Of a stretch of 64,000 nucleotides of DNA, positions 9,652 to 18,784 are shown piece by piece. Below the pieces are notes generated by a model. That model worked only from the letters and a program-made list of their open reading frames with translations. It was not told the DNA's origin and did no database searches. Position numbers and translations under genes: made by a program. Each line of letters begins with the position of its first letter. The first letter of the stretch is position 1. The stretch comes from a virus, in the IMG/VR virus record IMGVR_UViG_3300035661_000011, positions 90,506-154,505 of that record; one strand, given 5' to 3'.

Positions 9652-10911
9652 TTAGATACCGGCCAACGCGTCTTGTAGTGCGCTTACTTGTGTAACAAGT
9701 GTCAAGATAATGGCGTTTTGTGCTTCTAATGCAGCCATCATACTGTCAGCAGTCGCTAATGTTGCATAGTTAGCTGTACCGAAGTCAACAATAGCTTTGT
9801 TAGATGGGAATACAGTTTCTGATGCAATGTTAGTGCCGTCGATAACTGAAGTGCGGTCAGCAATGCTAACAGGAACATATGACAGCGGAGTATTTAAACC
9901 ATCCCAATCTGCATCAGTTTGACCAGGAGCATCAGTAAGTGCAAACATGATGTCGCCGACGGTGTACAGTTTACCGTTAACAGTAATGTCTTCACCAACG
10001 AACCAGAAATCAGATTCTTTAACTGCACCAGCTGCACCAGAACCACCCATACCAGAAGTATCAGTTGGGTAGTTAGTACCTTCAGAAACAGGTAAGAACA
10101 CACCACGATTTTTCAACAAGCCAGCAACGCGAGTGTTAGCATACGCTTCGGCAGCAGCGATTGCAGCAGCAACGCCAGTGTTAGTGTAAGCTTCAGAAGC
10201 AGCTAATACAGAAGTAGCAGAAGTAGCAACTGCATCAGTAGCAAATGCTTGAGCAGCAGCTTGAGCAGCGAGTGCATTAGAAGCAGAAGTGCTGTTAGCA
10301 GAAGTTAAAGTCAGAGCATCTTTCGCGTCAGCATATGTTTGTGCAGCAGTTTGTGCAGCAGAAGCCGCGCTATCAGCGTATGTATTTGCGGCACTTGTAG
10401 CGTTAGCTACAGCTGAATTTGTGTTGTTGTTAGCAGCAGTTAATGTAGCTGCATCGCCAGCAGCCAACTGTGTGTCAGCGTAAGATTTTGCAACGACAAC
10501 ACCGGCAGCAACAGCGTCGTTCGCATAAGTTTGTAATGCAGTTGTTGCATTTTGTACGGTCAGGTTTGTATACGCCTCAGCGTCTAGCAGCACTTGTGCA
10601 CCACCGTCACCGACCAATGCAGTCAGTAAAGTGATTTTGCCATCAGTGTAACTGTTAGCAGAACCTAAAGTGGTGGTATCGTTTGCATCTGAGTGTGAAT
10701 TAGCAGAAGCTAAAGCGGCAGCGATTGCAGCAGCTTGTGGAGTAGAAACAATCTTCACTGCATCAGCAGTGTTATCAACGTCAGTCAAACCAACAGTTTG
10801 TTTGACGATATGTGCTGGGTGTTTACCGCCTACTGTTGAAACCAAAGCTGCTTGTGCTGCTAATGTAGCTAAAATTGCTGTTGCACGGGTTTGTGAATCT
10901 ACGTTTGACAT
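9652..10911 (-). CDS. Ala-rich coiled-coil fibre protein
   Basis: VGLTDVDNTADAVK.VSTPQAAA fibre motif; repeated A..YAD/YTN heptad-like units; strongly biased codon use. Confidence 0.75.
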   Translation of the reverse strand: MSNVDSQTRATAILATLAAQAALVSTVGGKHPAHIVKQTVGLTDVDNTADAVKIVSTPQAAAIAAALASANSHSDANDTTTLGSANSYTDGKITLLTALVGDGGAQVLLDAEAYTNLTVQNATTALQTYANDAVAAGVVVAKSYADTQLAAGDAATLTAANNNTNSAVANATSAANTYADSAASAAQTAAQTYADAKDALTLTSANSTSASNALAAQAAAQAFATDAVATSATSVLAASEAYTNTGVAAAIAAAEAYANTRVAGLLKNRGVFLPVSEGTNYPTDTSGMGGSGAAGAVKESDFWFVGEDITVNGKLYTVGDIMFALTDAPGQTDADWDGLNTPLSYVPVSIADRTSVIDGTNIASETVFPSNKAIVDFGTANYATLATADSMMAALEAQNAIILTLVTQVSALQDALAGI

Positions 10912-11013
10912 TTGTGATACCTCTAAGGATGTAATTACAAGTTTAGGTTATATTTAACCCACATAATAGACAAATACAGAAATGTAGTTTTTTTATATTT
11001 AACTCATCTACAT

Positions 11014-11439
11014 TTACACTGGTGGCCTGCCAGTTATAGCATTTTGAATAATTAATACTTCTTGTGCTAAGATTTTAAAATCGGAACTTTGTTGCTCTAA
11101 TATAGAGAGTATTGTATCTACTACCTCACCAGAAGCGTAATGTGTATCTACAAATGACACCACAGCTTCTTCTGTTGGATACTGTACATTGGATGGTGGG
11201 GTTAATGTAGAAATTCCAGTTATTTTATTTGCTACGTTTTCGGGAGTATAAGATAACGGGTTATTTTGGTCACCCCAATTTATATCGTTTTGTGATAAAG
11301 AAAATGCATCCACCTTAGCTTGTAATATCGACATCTGTGCCAACATACCAGTTAACAAAGTAACCACATCTACGTTTAATCCACCTACCCCACACTTAGC
11401 TATAATCTCATTAAGTTTATCATTAAGTTGAGAATCCAT
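11014..11439 (-). CDS. Short paralogue of the C-terminus of 9652-10911
   Basis: W..QNNPLSYTPE...YPTEEAVVSF..T.YA vs W..LNTPLSYVPV...FPSNKAIVDF..A.YA. Confidence 0.65.
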   Translation of the reverse strand: MDSQLNDKLNEIIAKCGVGGLNVDVVTLLTGMLAQMSILQAKVDAFSLSQNDINWGDQNNPLSYTPENVANKITGISTLTPPSNVQYPTEEAVVSFVDTHYASGEVVDTILSILEQQSSDFKILAQEVLIIQNAITGRPPV

Positions 11440-11450
11440 TTATCCACCCA

Positions 11451-12428
11451 CTAATTGCCAATTGCAAAATAACTAATTCTTCTGTCACCAGTGTAGCTAT
11501 TGTCTAATGTCACACTCACTTTAATTCTATCTGTGAGTGGAGCCGATGTAACCACCTGGTCATTTGTAGGTGCAACTAGTGGGTCATCTGGTGACACCCA
11601 ACAATGCGCTAATGTGCAAGCGTTAAGAAATGGGTCTCCTACAAACTTGACTTCACTAGGTCTAAACGTAGATGTAAATACATGGAAACCAAACTTTACA
11701 GTAAATGAACCTAATGTGATAGTGTAATGGTGTAAACCAATTGGTTTAACTAATTTATTTTTATCTCTGGTTAACGCTATATACGTGTCAACAAATGCGT
11801 TATTGTTTTTGTTCATAGATATCGCTAACTCTAATAACGGCACTAGTGTAGAGTTAGCCCAAACTCCAACAAAACCATCAATTTCGTTGACACTTACGTT
11901 ATCACGTTTATGTCTAACTGCTGATGCTAGTTGCATTATAGTTTCACAAATCAAAGGGTATTGTGCTACAGCATTTGTATTTAGTGAATGTGGAGTCGGT
12001 GGAAAACTAGTTGGGGCTGTAGCCCAATCAACTGAAAGATATGTAGTGGCTAATTCCATATACCCATCGGCAATCGCATTGGCTTTATTAACCACATACT
12101 CGCCACCGATAGTGTGATAGTTAATATGGTATCTACCAACTGGGTTTCTACCTAGCATAGTAATGCTACCGTATACCGGTAAACCTATAGCCGTATCACT
12201 TGATGCCTGAGACCAATAATGGCTTAAATAGTAATCTACATTTTCAGTTAGGGTAATTCCATCGGAGTTGACTATAGAAAGTCCAGCTGAATAAAATGGG
12301 GTTGCCTCTGGAACAAATAAAAAAGCGTTAGTTGGACCGATGTTAGAAATATTGTGTTGTTCATTAGAAACAAAATTGTCTGGTAATGTACCAGTCCCAT
12401 CAAATGGGTAAATTATTGGATTAGACAT
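11451..12428 (-). CDS. Virion protein, phiKZ gp131-like paralogue
   Basis: YPFDGTGT..N.V.NE.H, PFY, YHT.GG and P..FPP.PH motifs; ends in YFAIGN. Confidence 0.75.
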   Translation of the reverse strand: MSNPIIYPFDGTGTLPDNFVSNEQHNISNIGPTNAFLFVPEATPFYSAGLSIVNSDGITLTENVDYYLSHYWSQASSDTAIGLPVYGSITMLGRNPVGRYHINYHTIGGEYVVNKANAIADGYMELATTYLSVDWATAPTSFPPTPHSLNTNAVAQYPLICETIMQLASAVRHKRDNVSVNEIDGFVGVWANSTLVPLLELAISMNKNNNAFVDTYIALTRDKNKLVKPIGLHHYTITLGSFTVKFGFHVFTSTFRPSEVKFVGDPFLNACTLAHCWVSPDDPLVAPTNDQVVTSAPLTDRIKVSVTLDNSYTGDRRISYFAIGN

Positions 12429-12478
12429 AATGGTTTACTTTTAATGTAGTAAAAAGATAACTCGTGAGGAATTAAGTT

Positions 12479-13690
12479 ATGTTAAGAGCAATTAGTATAG
12501 TACAAAGAGTAAAATACGACTGGGTAGAACTCCCAGTCACCACACTATTATCCAATTTAGATTGGACGTGGAGAACGCTTATAACTGTGATTGACGAGAA
12601 TACAGGTGTTGAAACACAGCATGATTTTAGTATGATACCAAACATACACAAGCTAGTGTCACACTTTCCAGCTGCAACTTTCAGTGATGTATTTGCCACG
12701 TACACTGGCCCGTTACCACCAGAAATACTACCAAAGATAGATATAACAAAAAAGAAATATTTATCGTATTACACACTTTGGGATTATCAACTAGATGCGA
12801 CTAGAGTTAATACATCCAATTCAGTTCTGTCATTTAATATAAACGATACCCCAGACTTAGAAATTACACCATCTAAATATTTTACTGATACGATAAACAG
12901 CTTAAAAGATAAAGTGTTATTTGTAATCAATGGTGTAATTGTATTTCCTGAGTACACTAATGGTAGGGTGATAATTCACAATGGTGGGTTAGAATTAGAT
13001 ACAGCCGAAGAACAAAACTTAGGTGTAATTGACTTCTCTAATTTTAATGGATTTACACCGGTTGAATTTACACAACAAAACACAATTGTATTTTTTAGAG
13101 ACACTGAAGTAACTACCTACCACGTTACATTAAAAGACCCCATTGTGAACGATTTTATGGTCGTGGTGAACGGTAAGCTACATATGTGTAACGACGTGTA
13201 CACTCTAGTTAATAAACACACCGTGGCTATTCAGGTGCGACATCAAGATGTATATAAAGAAGCAATGTATGCTGAGCCATCTACACTAAACTGGATAGAT
13301 AGAATATCACCGTATAGTAACGGGTATGATATTTCAACATTTAACCCTATGCGGTACATTACTTCTTTAGCTAATAGACTTCTATTATTATCTGTTAAAG
13401 GCGTAAGTGTTAAAACCTTGCCGTTAGTCACAACTGGATTTCCTTTAACGTTCTTTACCAATCACGATACCACAGATTTAATATTTTCATCGGATGGAAC
13501 ACTAGGATACTACATAGCTAATGAGATGTTATCTGATAAGGCGGTTGTTATATCTGTTGCAAAACCTAGAGTGTATGATGCGATTTATGACACAACAAAT
13601 GTTTTAAACGAGAGTGTAATTGGTACAGGTGCATTATCTTCAGCATACGAGAATCAAACTGCAAAGCTAAAACGGATTTATGTATTGTAA
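12479..13690 (+). CDS. Conserved jumbo-phage hypothetical (probably virion) protein
   Basis: 403-aa ORF divergent from the fibre cluster; two LF/M.V.NG repeats. Confidence 0.55.
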   Translation: MLRAISIVQRVKYDWVELPVTTLLSNLDWTWRTLITVIDENTGVETQHDFSMIPNIHKLVSHFPAATFSDVFATYTGPLPPEILPKIDITKKKYLSYYTLWDYQLDATRVNTSNSVLSFNINDTPDLEITPSKYFTDTINSLKDKVLFVINGVIVFPEYTNGRVIIHNGGLELDTAEEQNLGVIDFSNFNGFTPVEFTQQNTIVFFRDTEVTTYHVTLKDPIVNDFMVVVNGKLHMCNDVYTLVNKHTVAIQVRHQDVYKEAMYAEPSTLNWIDRISPYSNGYDISTFNPMRYITSLANRLLLLSVKGVSVKTLPLVTTGFPLTFFTNHDTTDLIFSSDGTLGYYIANEMLSDKAVVISVAKPRVYDAIYDTTNVLNESVIGTGALSSAYENQTAKLKRIYVL

Positions 13691-13738
13691 AATAAACCAC
13701 ATTAGCGATAGTGTAGGTGGTAAACTATAAAGGATAAA

Positions 13739-15526
13739 TTGATAATGTCTGTTAAAAAAATAAGTTGGTCTAAAGCAAAAGGGTATGAGTGTAGCTCTAA
13801 TGGAGATACTAGGTTTTCTGCCTTTTATGCAATTATGGAAGACGGTAGAACCTTGGAGCAACATTACCAGTGTGATGTTAAAGGTTATGATACTGGTGGA
13901 ACAAATTGGAAGTTAGGTAAAGGTAAACCGCCTTTAGATACAACACAGAAGATGTTTCCTTTATATTTGAATTTATGGAAACGGTGGTGTAACATTGGTG
14001 ATAACTACGCTTCGCTTTTAGAACTTAAAGAGCTAGCTATAAGTAATGAATTTTATTTACGAGATTCATTTGCTACATCGCCAGTTAATCAAGCTCATGC
14101 GTTATCAGTTATACTAAACGATTTAGATAAAGTGTCTAAATCTAAAGTTAGCGTTGAGTTGTATACCGATGGTTCAGCGAGACCAAATCCTGGTTCTGCT
14201 GGATATGGATTTAATGGAACCGATTCACTTGGTAACTCGTACATTGGATGGGGACCTGTTGCTAGTAGGTCTACTAATAACGTAGCTGAGTTATTAGCGG
14301 TTGCATACGGCATTATTAGAATGCGAAGTGTTGTGAACAACTTAGGTAAGATTAAAATATTTGCGGATAGTGAATATGTAATCGAAAACTTAAAATCTGT
14401 ACCTAAATGGATTGGTAACGATTGGACGACTGACACTGGTCGTCCCGTAGCTAATGTGGAAGTGTGGAAGTTTTTAGATTCTACAATTATGGAAGCCAGA
14501 AATGCAGGTGTCGATATTAGCTTGCAGTGGGTCAAAGCACATAACGGCAATGCTGGTAATGAACTAGCTGATTTAAAAGCCAATGAAGGGCGCTTAATCG
14601 CGTTAGAATCACATATTGACTTACACTTTGAACTAACGGATTTACACAAGTTTGAAGTTACTAAATTGTTAAAGGTTAAAACCGTTAATAAAGCGGTTGC
14701 TCCTTTAAATAAATTGCTTTCAGCTAAACGTTGGTTTTTCTTTACAAATGTACCTGAGGAGATTGAGGGTATACCATTTTATTTTGCCTCTGTATACGAA
14801 GATAAAAAGGAGTATAATAATCGTAACTTAGGTAAACGTGCTCCAGACAGTATGTATGTGTTATTGTTAACTGATACCCGTATAACAGTTTTAGATACAA
14901 TCCGAGAATCTTTTAATAAAAAGTTTGAGGGTGAAACTTTACCAATTATAACATATCTCACGAAGATACAAAGTGCTAAAGTGTGGTCTAAGTTAGTTGA
15001 ATCAATCGATGAATATTTGGTGTATAAAGGAAGTAGTGCTATTACTGTTGGTGGCGAATTACTTGGTAAATTACATTTCCCACCAAAGCTAGCGTGTAAA
15101 GTTCCTAAGATAATAACTTTAGGATACAATTGCATTAAGGAATATAAGTCTGGAAAACAAGGTGCACACTACTACGATATAACCAATAAAGTTTATGTAA
15201 CTGACACTAAGGGTAAATTGGCCATTAGTCCAGACTTTACAATGAGCACTAAGTTTCTCGATATACCGATTGTAATACCGTACACATCAGACGATGGTTT
15301 GATTACTCCAGAAACATCAGATGTGATTCGATTAACTGTTAATATCGATATGCCGACTAGAAATACATTTTCTGCATTACTTAAACAAACAAAAAATCCA
15401 GTTAAAATTACACTGATGGTCACAGAAAGTTTAGAGCGTAGTTGTAGAGTCTATGTGATAGTTGAAGTGGATAGTGACATCTGTATTTATTATAACCCAG
15501 ATTCAAATTTTAGAATAAAAAAATGA
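13739..15526 (+). CDS. rnhA: Ribonuclease HI (phiKZ-type, long C-terminal extension) with an extra N-terminal ~125-aa domain
   Basis: LYTDGSARPNPG.AGYG, STNNVAELLA, ADSEYV, WVKAHNG..GNELAD; likely ATG at 13745. Confidence 0.9.
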   Translation: MIMSVKKISWSKAKGYECSSNGDTRFSAFYAIMEDGRTLEQHYQCDVKGYDTGGTNWKLGKGKPPLDTTQKMFPLYLNLWKRWCNIGDNYASLLELKELAISNEFYLRDSFATSPVNQAHALSVILNDLDKVSKSKVSVELYTDGSARPNPGSAGYGFNGTDSLGNSYIGWGPVASRSTNNVAELLAVAYGIIRMRSVVNNLGKIKIFADSEYVIENLKSVPKWIGNDWTTDTGRPVANVEVWKFLDSTIMEARNAGVDISLQWVKAHNGNAGNELADLKANEGRLIALESHIDLHFELTDLHKFEVTKLLKVKTVNKAVAPLNKLLSAKRWFFFTNVPEEIEGIPFYFASVYEDKKEYNNRNLGKRAPDSMYVLLLTDTRITVLDTIRESFNKKFEGETLPIITYLTKIQSAKVWSKLVESIDEYLVYKGSSAITVGGELLGKLHFPPKLACKVPKIITLGYNCIKEYKSGKQGAHYYDITNKVYVTDTKGKLAISPDFTMSTKFLDIPIVIPYTSDDGLITPETSDVIRLTVNIDMPTRNTFSALLKQTKNPVKITLMVTESLERSCRVYVIVEVDSDICIYYNPDSNFRIKK

Positions 15527-15625
15527 AAGCTCAAAAGAAAGATACAAAATACCTTTACACAATTCTAATTGTATTAGCGTTGTGTAAATTATGTTTATTA
15601 ATTTTTTAACACTATAGGTTTACAG

Positions 15626-16063
15626 ATGTTTACAATGCGAGGCGATTTAATTAAGTTAACTAAAGCTGGTGAATTCGATGTAGTGCTACACGGGTGTAAC
15701 TGTTATAACACTATGGGGAAAGGAATTGCTGCTCAATTTAAACAACACTTTCCAGAGGTGTATGCGGCTGATTGCAAAACTGAAAGGGGTGACCCACGAA
15801 AGTTAGGTTCGTATAGCCGAGCAAAATTACCAAATGGCGTAATTGTGCTTAACTGCTACACACAGTTTAGATACGGACCGAATAGTGCAGATTATGCTGC
15901 TATTCGTGAAGTGTTACAAAAGGTTAGAGAAGAATTTGTTGGTAAAAAAGTAGGTATGCCTATGATTGGTGCTGGTTTAGCTGGCGGGGATTGGAAAAAG
16001 ATTTCTAATCTAATCGATAGATATTTACCAAACGCAACCGTTGTGGAGTGGGATAGTAACTAA
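15626..16063 (+). CDS. Macrodomain ADP-ribosyl hydrolase (DarG/TARG1-like class)
   Basis: GDL...HGCNC.NTMGKGIA.QFK..FP.VY and MPMIGAGLAGGDW. Confidence 0.9.
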   Translation: MFTMRGDLIKLTKAGEFDVVLHGCNCYNTMGKGIAAQFKQHFPEVYAADCKTERGDPRKLGSYSRAKLPNGVIVLNCYTQFRYGPNSADYAAIREVLQKVREEFVGKKVGMPMIGAGLAGGDWKKISNLIDRYLPNATVVEWDSN

Positions 16064-16077
16064 CGATAATAACTCAC

Positions 16078-16105
16078 GGTATGGATTTAGATCTAAATCC
16101 ATACC
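16078..16105. terminator. Perfect 28-bp palindrome
   Basis: GGTATGGATTTAGATCTAAATCCATACC just after the macrodomain stop codon. Confidence 0.7.
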
Positions 16106-16180
16106 ACTAAATTGTAACTACGTGTACAGGTTTAATGAAACCAAAGGTTACACAACTGACTGTTTCAGTGAGGAAATAAA

Positions 16181-17446
16181 ATGACAAACCCAATATACGG
16201 TTTCTTAAACATTAACCGATTCTTTAATGGACAAGCTGGAATAAACCCAGTTGGACAAATAAGCCCAAAAGGTATGACTTTTGGAACCAGCTCCGAATAT
16301 TCAGCTGATAATTCTAATTCACAATTAATTATCTTTCGTCCAAATATATTACCAGTTATCGCAACTGTGGAATGGATGACTGGTTTAGCAACACAATTGA
16401 GTAATGTTGTAAACTATACAACAACACAAGTCTCTTTGTTAAATAACATTATTACTGCATTAGGTCAACGGTTTACTAACGTCACAATTGGTGATGTGGT
16501 TATGAATCCAGTTGATGGTAAAGGTTATCCAGCATTTATACAATTCACATACACCACTACTATTGGCTCTGCTACATTTAAAATTTGGTTAACTAATACC
16601 AACTTTATGAATGAGTACCCAGATGGGGATATTACAGTAGTAACACCAATTGTAAATGTTAGTGATTTATTTAACAACTTTGCAGCGTGTAAAGCCGTAG
16701 TTGATAAACTTACACCAATGTCCATAATTAACGAGGTTGCTACATTAAGTTTACCAATTCCTGAAACTGGGATCTACACTAACGTATTCCGAGTAAACAA
16801 CAGAGCTAATGTGGCCTTATGGTTTGATTTACCAGTTGCCTTTGTTTATCATGGTGGAACAGTGCATAATAACCCAACTTCGTTTTTACAAGCGTTTGTT
16901 GATTACTTAGTTAAGAACAGCACAATCACGCTAGCACAGTGGGAAACCGTTATACCATCTCTACTACCCACTGATAAGTTTTACGTGATACCAGCGTGGA
17001 ATAACGTAGCTGTTTCCTCAGGTGTTAACATAGGTAGTCCTACCATTAAGTTGTTTGATAACCCAGGTGTGGTTATTGCCGAAACATACTTTCCAGAACT
17101 ATTACCAGAAGCTGTAAATAACTTTTTAGATTACACAATTTTACAATTTGGTTCGTATGGTGTTTATATTGTTCCTGACATCAGTAATGCAGACGGTCGT
17201 ATTCCATTCAGAGAAAAGTTTAACGATTACTTCCTAGTTCCAACAAACGATGTATTAATCAATAGACAATCTGTAGAGACTCAAAATGCAGTTGTCTTAT
17301 TAACAAACTTAGTTCGTTACGCTAGCGACCCAACAGTTAAAAGCGTTGTTCCAGTTGGATACGAGTTAGAGATTAAGAATGGTAAATCGTATTTATTGGG
17401 TACTGTAAATAGAATTACATTTGCTGTATTAGTTTCTGGAGAATAA
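16181..17446 (+). CDS. Putative virion structural protein (phiKZ-like core)
   Basis: 421 aa; YGF..I..F...INPVGQIS N-terminus recalled from phiKZ-like structural proteins; GAGG RBS. Confidence 0.55.
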   Translation: MTNPIYGFLNINRFFNGQAGINPVGQISPKGMTFGTSSEYSADNSNSQLIIFRPNILPVIATVEWMTGLATQLSNVVNYTTTQVSLLNNIITALGQRFTNVTIGDVVMNPVDGKGYPAFIQFTYTTTIGSATFKIWLTNTNFMNEYPDGDITVVTPIVNVSDLFNNFAACKAVVDKLTPMSIINEVATLSLPIPETGIYTNVFRVNNRANVALWFDLPVAFVYHGGTVHNNPTSFLQAFVDYLVKNSTITLAQWETVIPSLLPTDKFYVIPAWNNVAVSSGVNIGSPTIKLFDNPGVVIAETYFPELLPEAVNNFLDYTILQFGSYGVYIVPDISNADGRIPFREKFNDYFLVPTNDVLINRQSVETQNAVVLLTNLVRYASDPTVKSVVPVGYELEIKNGKSYLLGTVNRITFAVLVSGE

Positions 17447-17447
17447 G

Positions 17448-18074
17448 ATGGCGTTATCAATTTTAATTGGTACAGTTGGGATATTTACTTTATCACCACC
17501 ATTTACGATAGGTAAGGTAAATTACACCATTACTAAACTCAATCTAATTAAGCCGTTGTTAAATTCTGGTGTGGATGTTTACAATGCGTATTATGCACCA
17601 GCTGGTATAACTTTAACTAAGTTTAATGAAGACTCATTTAATGGTCACGCTATAGTGACCTTAGAGTCTGATGACGGTCCAACGATTAATGTACCTAGTG
17701 GGTATATAGCCTTAGCTCCAATTGAGCCAGCAGTGTTATATTCTCACGTTATTTTATCTGTGGATTTAGGTGACTTACCAGATGAAATCAATTTGTCTCA
17801 AATGAAAGATGATATAAAGTCTATCACTGATGGAGCAATTGGTTCTGATACATTGGTTAACTTACACACTCTACCAGCTTCAAAGGTATATAGCCACGAA
17901 GATTATGTAGCTTCTGAAATGGAGCGTAATGCTAAAATTACAGAGTATGTGTCGTTTTACACTAGTAAAGTATCTGCCGATGAAGAACTAGCTATAGCTA
18001 AAACCACAATAAATAAATATTCTAAAATTATCATATCTTTAAAAGAACAACTCAAAGTAGCACAATCCACATAA
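17448..18074 (+). CDS. Conserved hypothetical protein with C-terminal coiled coil
   Basis: ORF track; coupled to the previous gene. Confidence 0.65.
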   Translation: MALSILIGTVGIFTLSPPFTIGKVNYTITKLNLIKPLLNSGVDVYNAYYAPAGITLTKFNEDSFNGHAIVTLESDDGPTINVPSGYIALAPIEPAVLYSHVILSVDLGDLPDEINLSQMKDDIKSITDGAIGSDTLVNLHTLPASKVYSHEDYVASEMERNAKITEYVSFYTSKVSADEELAIAKTTINKYSKIIISLKEQLKVAQST

Positions 18075-18086
18075 GCTACATTAACT

Positions 18087-18142
18087 TGATGAGTATCACA
18101 GGAATCTGTGATACTCATCATTAAAACAAATATATATTATCT
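18087..18142 (+). promoter_or_regulatory. Terminator-like hairpin (18087-18120) followed by an early promoter motif (18133-18142)
   Basis: 15-bp stem TGATGAGTATCACAG/CTGTGATACTCATCA, then TATATTATCT. Confidence 0.7.
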
Positions 18143-18191
18143 AAGTGGTAATCTTAATAAATTACTTAACCATTTCTTAAAAGGAGTTCCC

Positions 18192-18761
18192 ATGTTTAAA
18201 TCTATTCGTACAATCGCCTTACTGTATACGTTAGTCGTACTATGTTACTGGCAATCTAGTATATTGAATGCCGGTGGTTTACAAGGAATATCACACAGTT
18301 GGTATTTCATTTTTGGTCACATAGTGGCTAGTCTGTTTATCATTTTATCATTATCAGTTTTATGGGATTTTAAAACCACAACAGCTGTTCCACTTCAATA
18401 CCACGATACACTTTATAAAAGTTTTGGTTTAATGTTTCCCTCTGTTGAAAGAGGACACTGTGTAATTAGTGAACAGTATTTCTCTTCTGATAAATGGACT
18501 GTTACATTAGAACATCAATTTTATCATATTTACAATGGTGCATTTAGTGTACGTGTTACGATTGCATACACTGGTGCAATTGATATACAGTGTGAATTAA
18601 CTGTCAATGAATGTATGTTACCCGAAGCGTCAATTAACACACTAGGTCGTAGCGTGTACATGTACGTAGTACAGTGTCCATTTCGTACACGTGAAGAGTT
18701 TGATGTATTATTGCGTGAAAAATGTATAGAGTATTCTCTACCACCAACAAAACTTAAATAA
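18192..18761 (+). CDS. Membrane protein (2 predicted TM helices)
   Basis: AGGAG RBS before ATG18192; two hydrophobic segments. Confidence 0.65.
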   Translation: MFKSIRTIALLYTLVVLCYWQSSILNAGGLQGISHSWYFIFGHIVASLFIILSLSVLWDFKTTTAVPLQYHDTLYKSFGLMFPSVERGHCVISEQYFSSDKWTVTLEHQFYHIYNGAFSVRVTIAYTGAIDIQCELTVNECMLPEASINTLGRSVYMYVVQCPFRTREEFDVLLREKCIEYSLPPTKLK

Positions 18762-18784
18762 AACATTTATAATAAGAGGTTATT

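Noticed and set aside
2901-12428. Diversity-generating retroelement or invertase shufflon acting on the fibre tips
   Set aside because: No reverse transcriptase, recombinase, TR/VR pair or inverted crossover sites were seen in the window.
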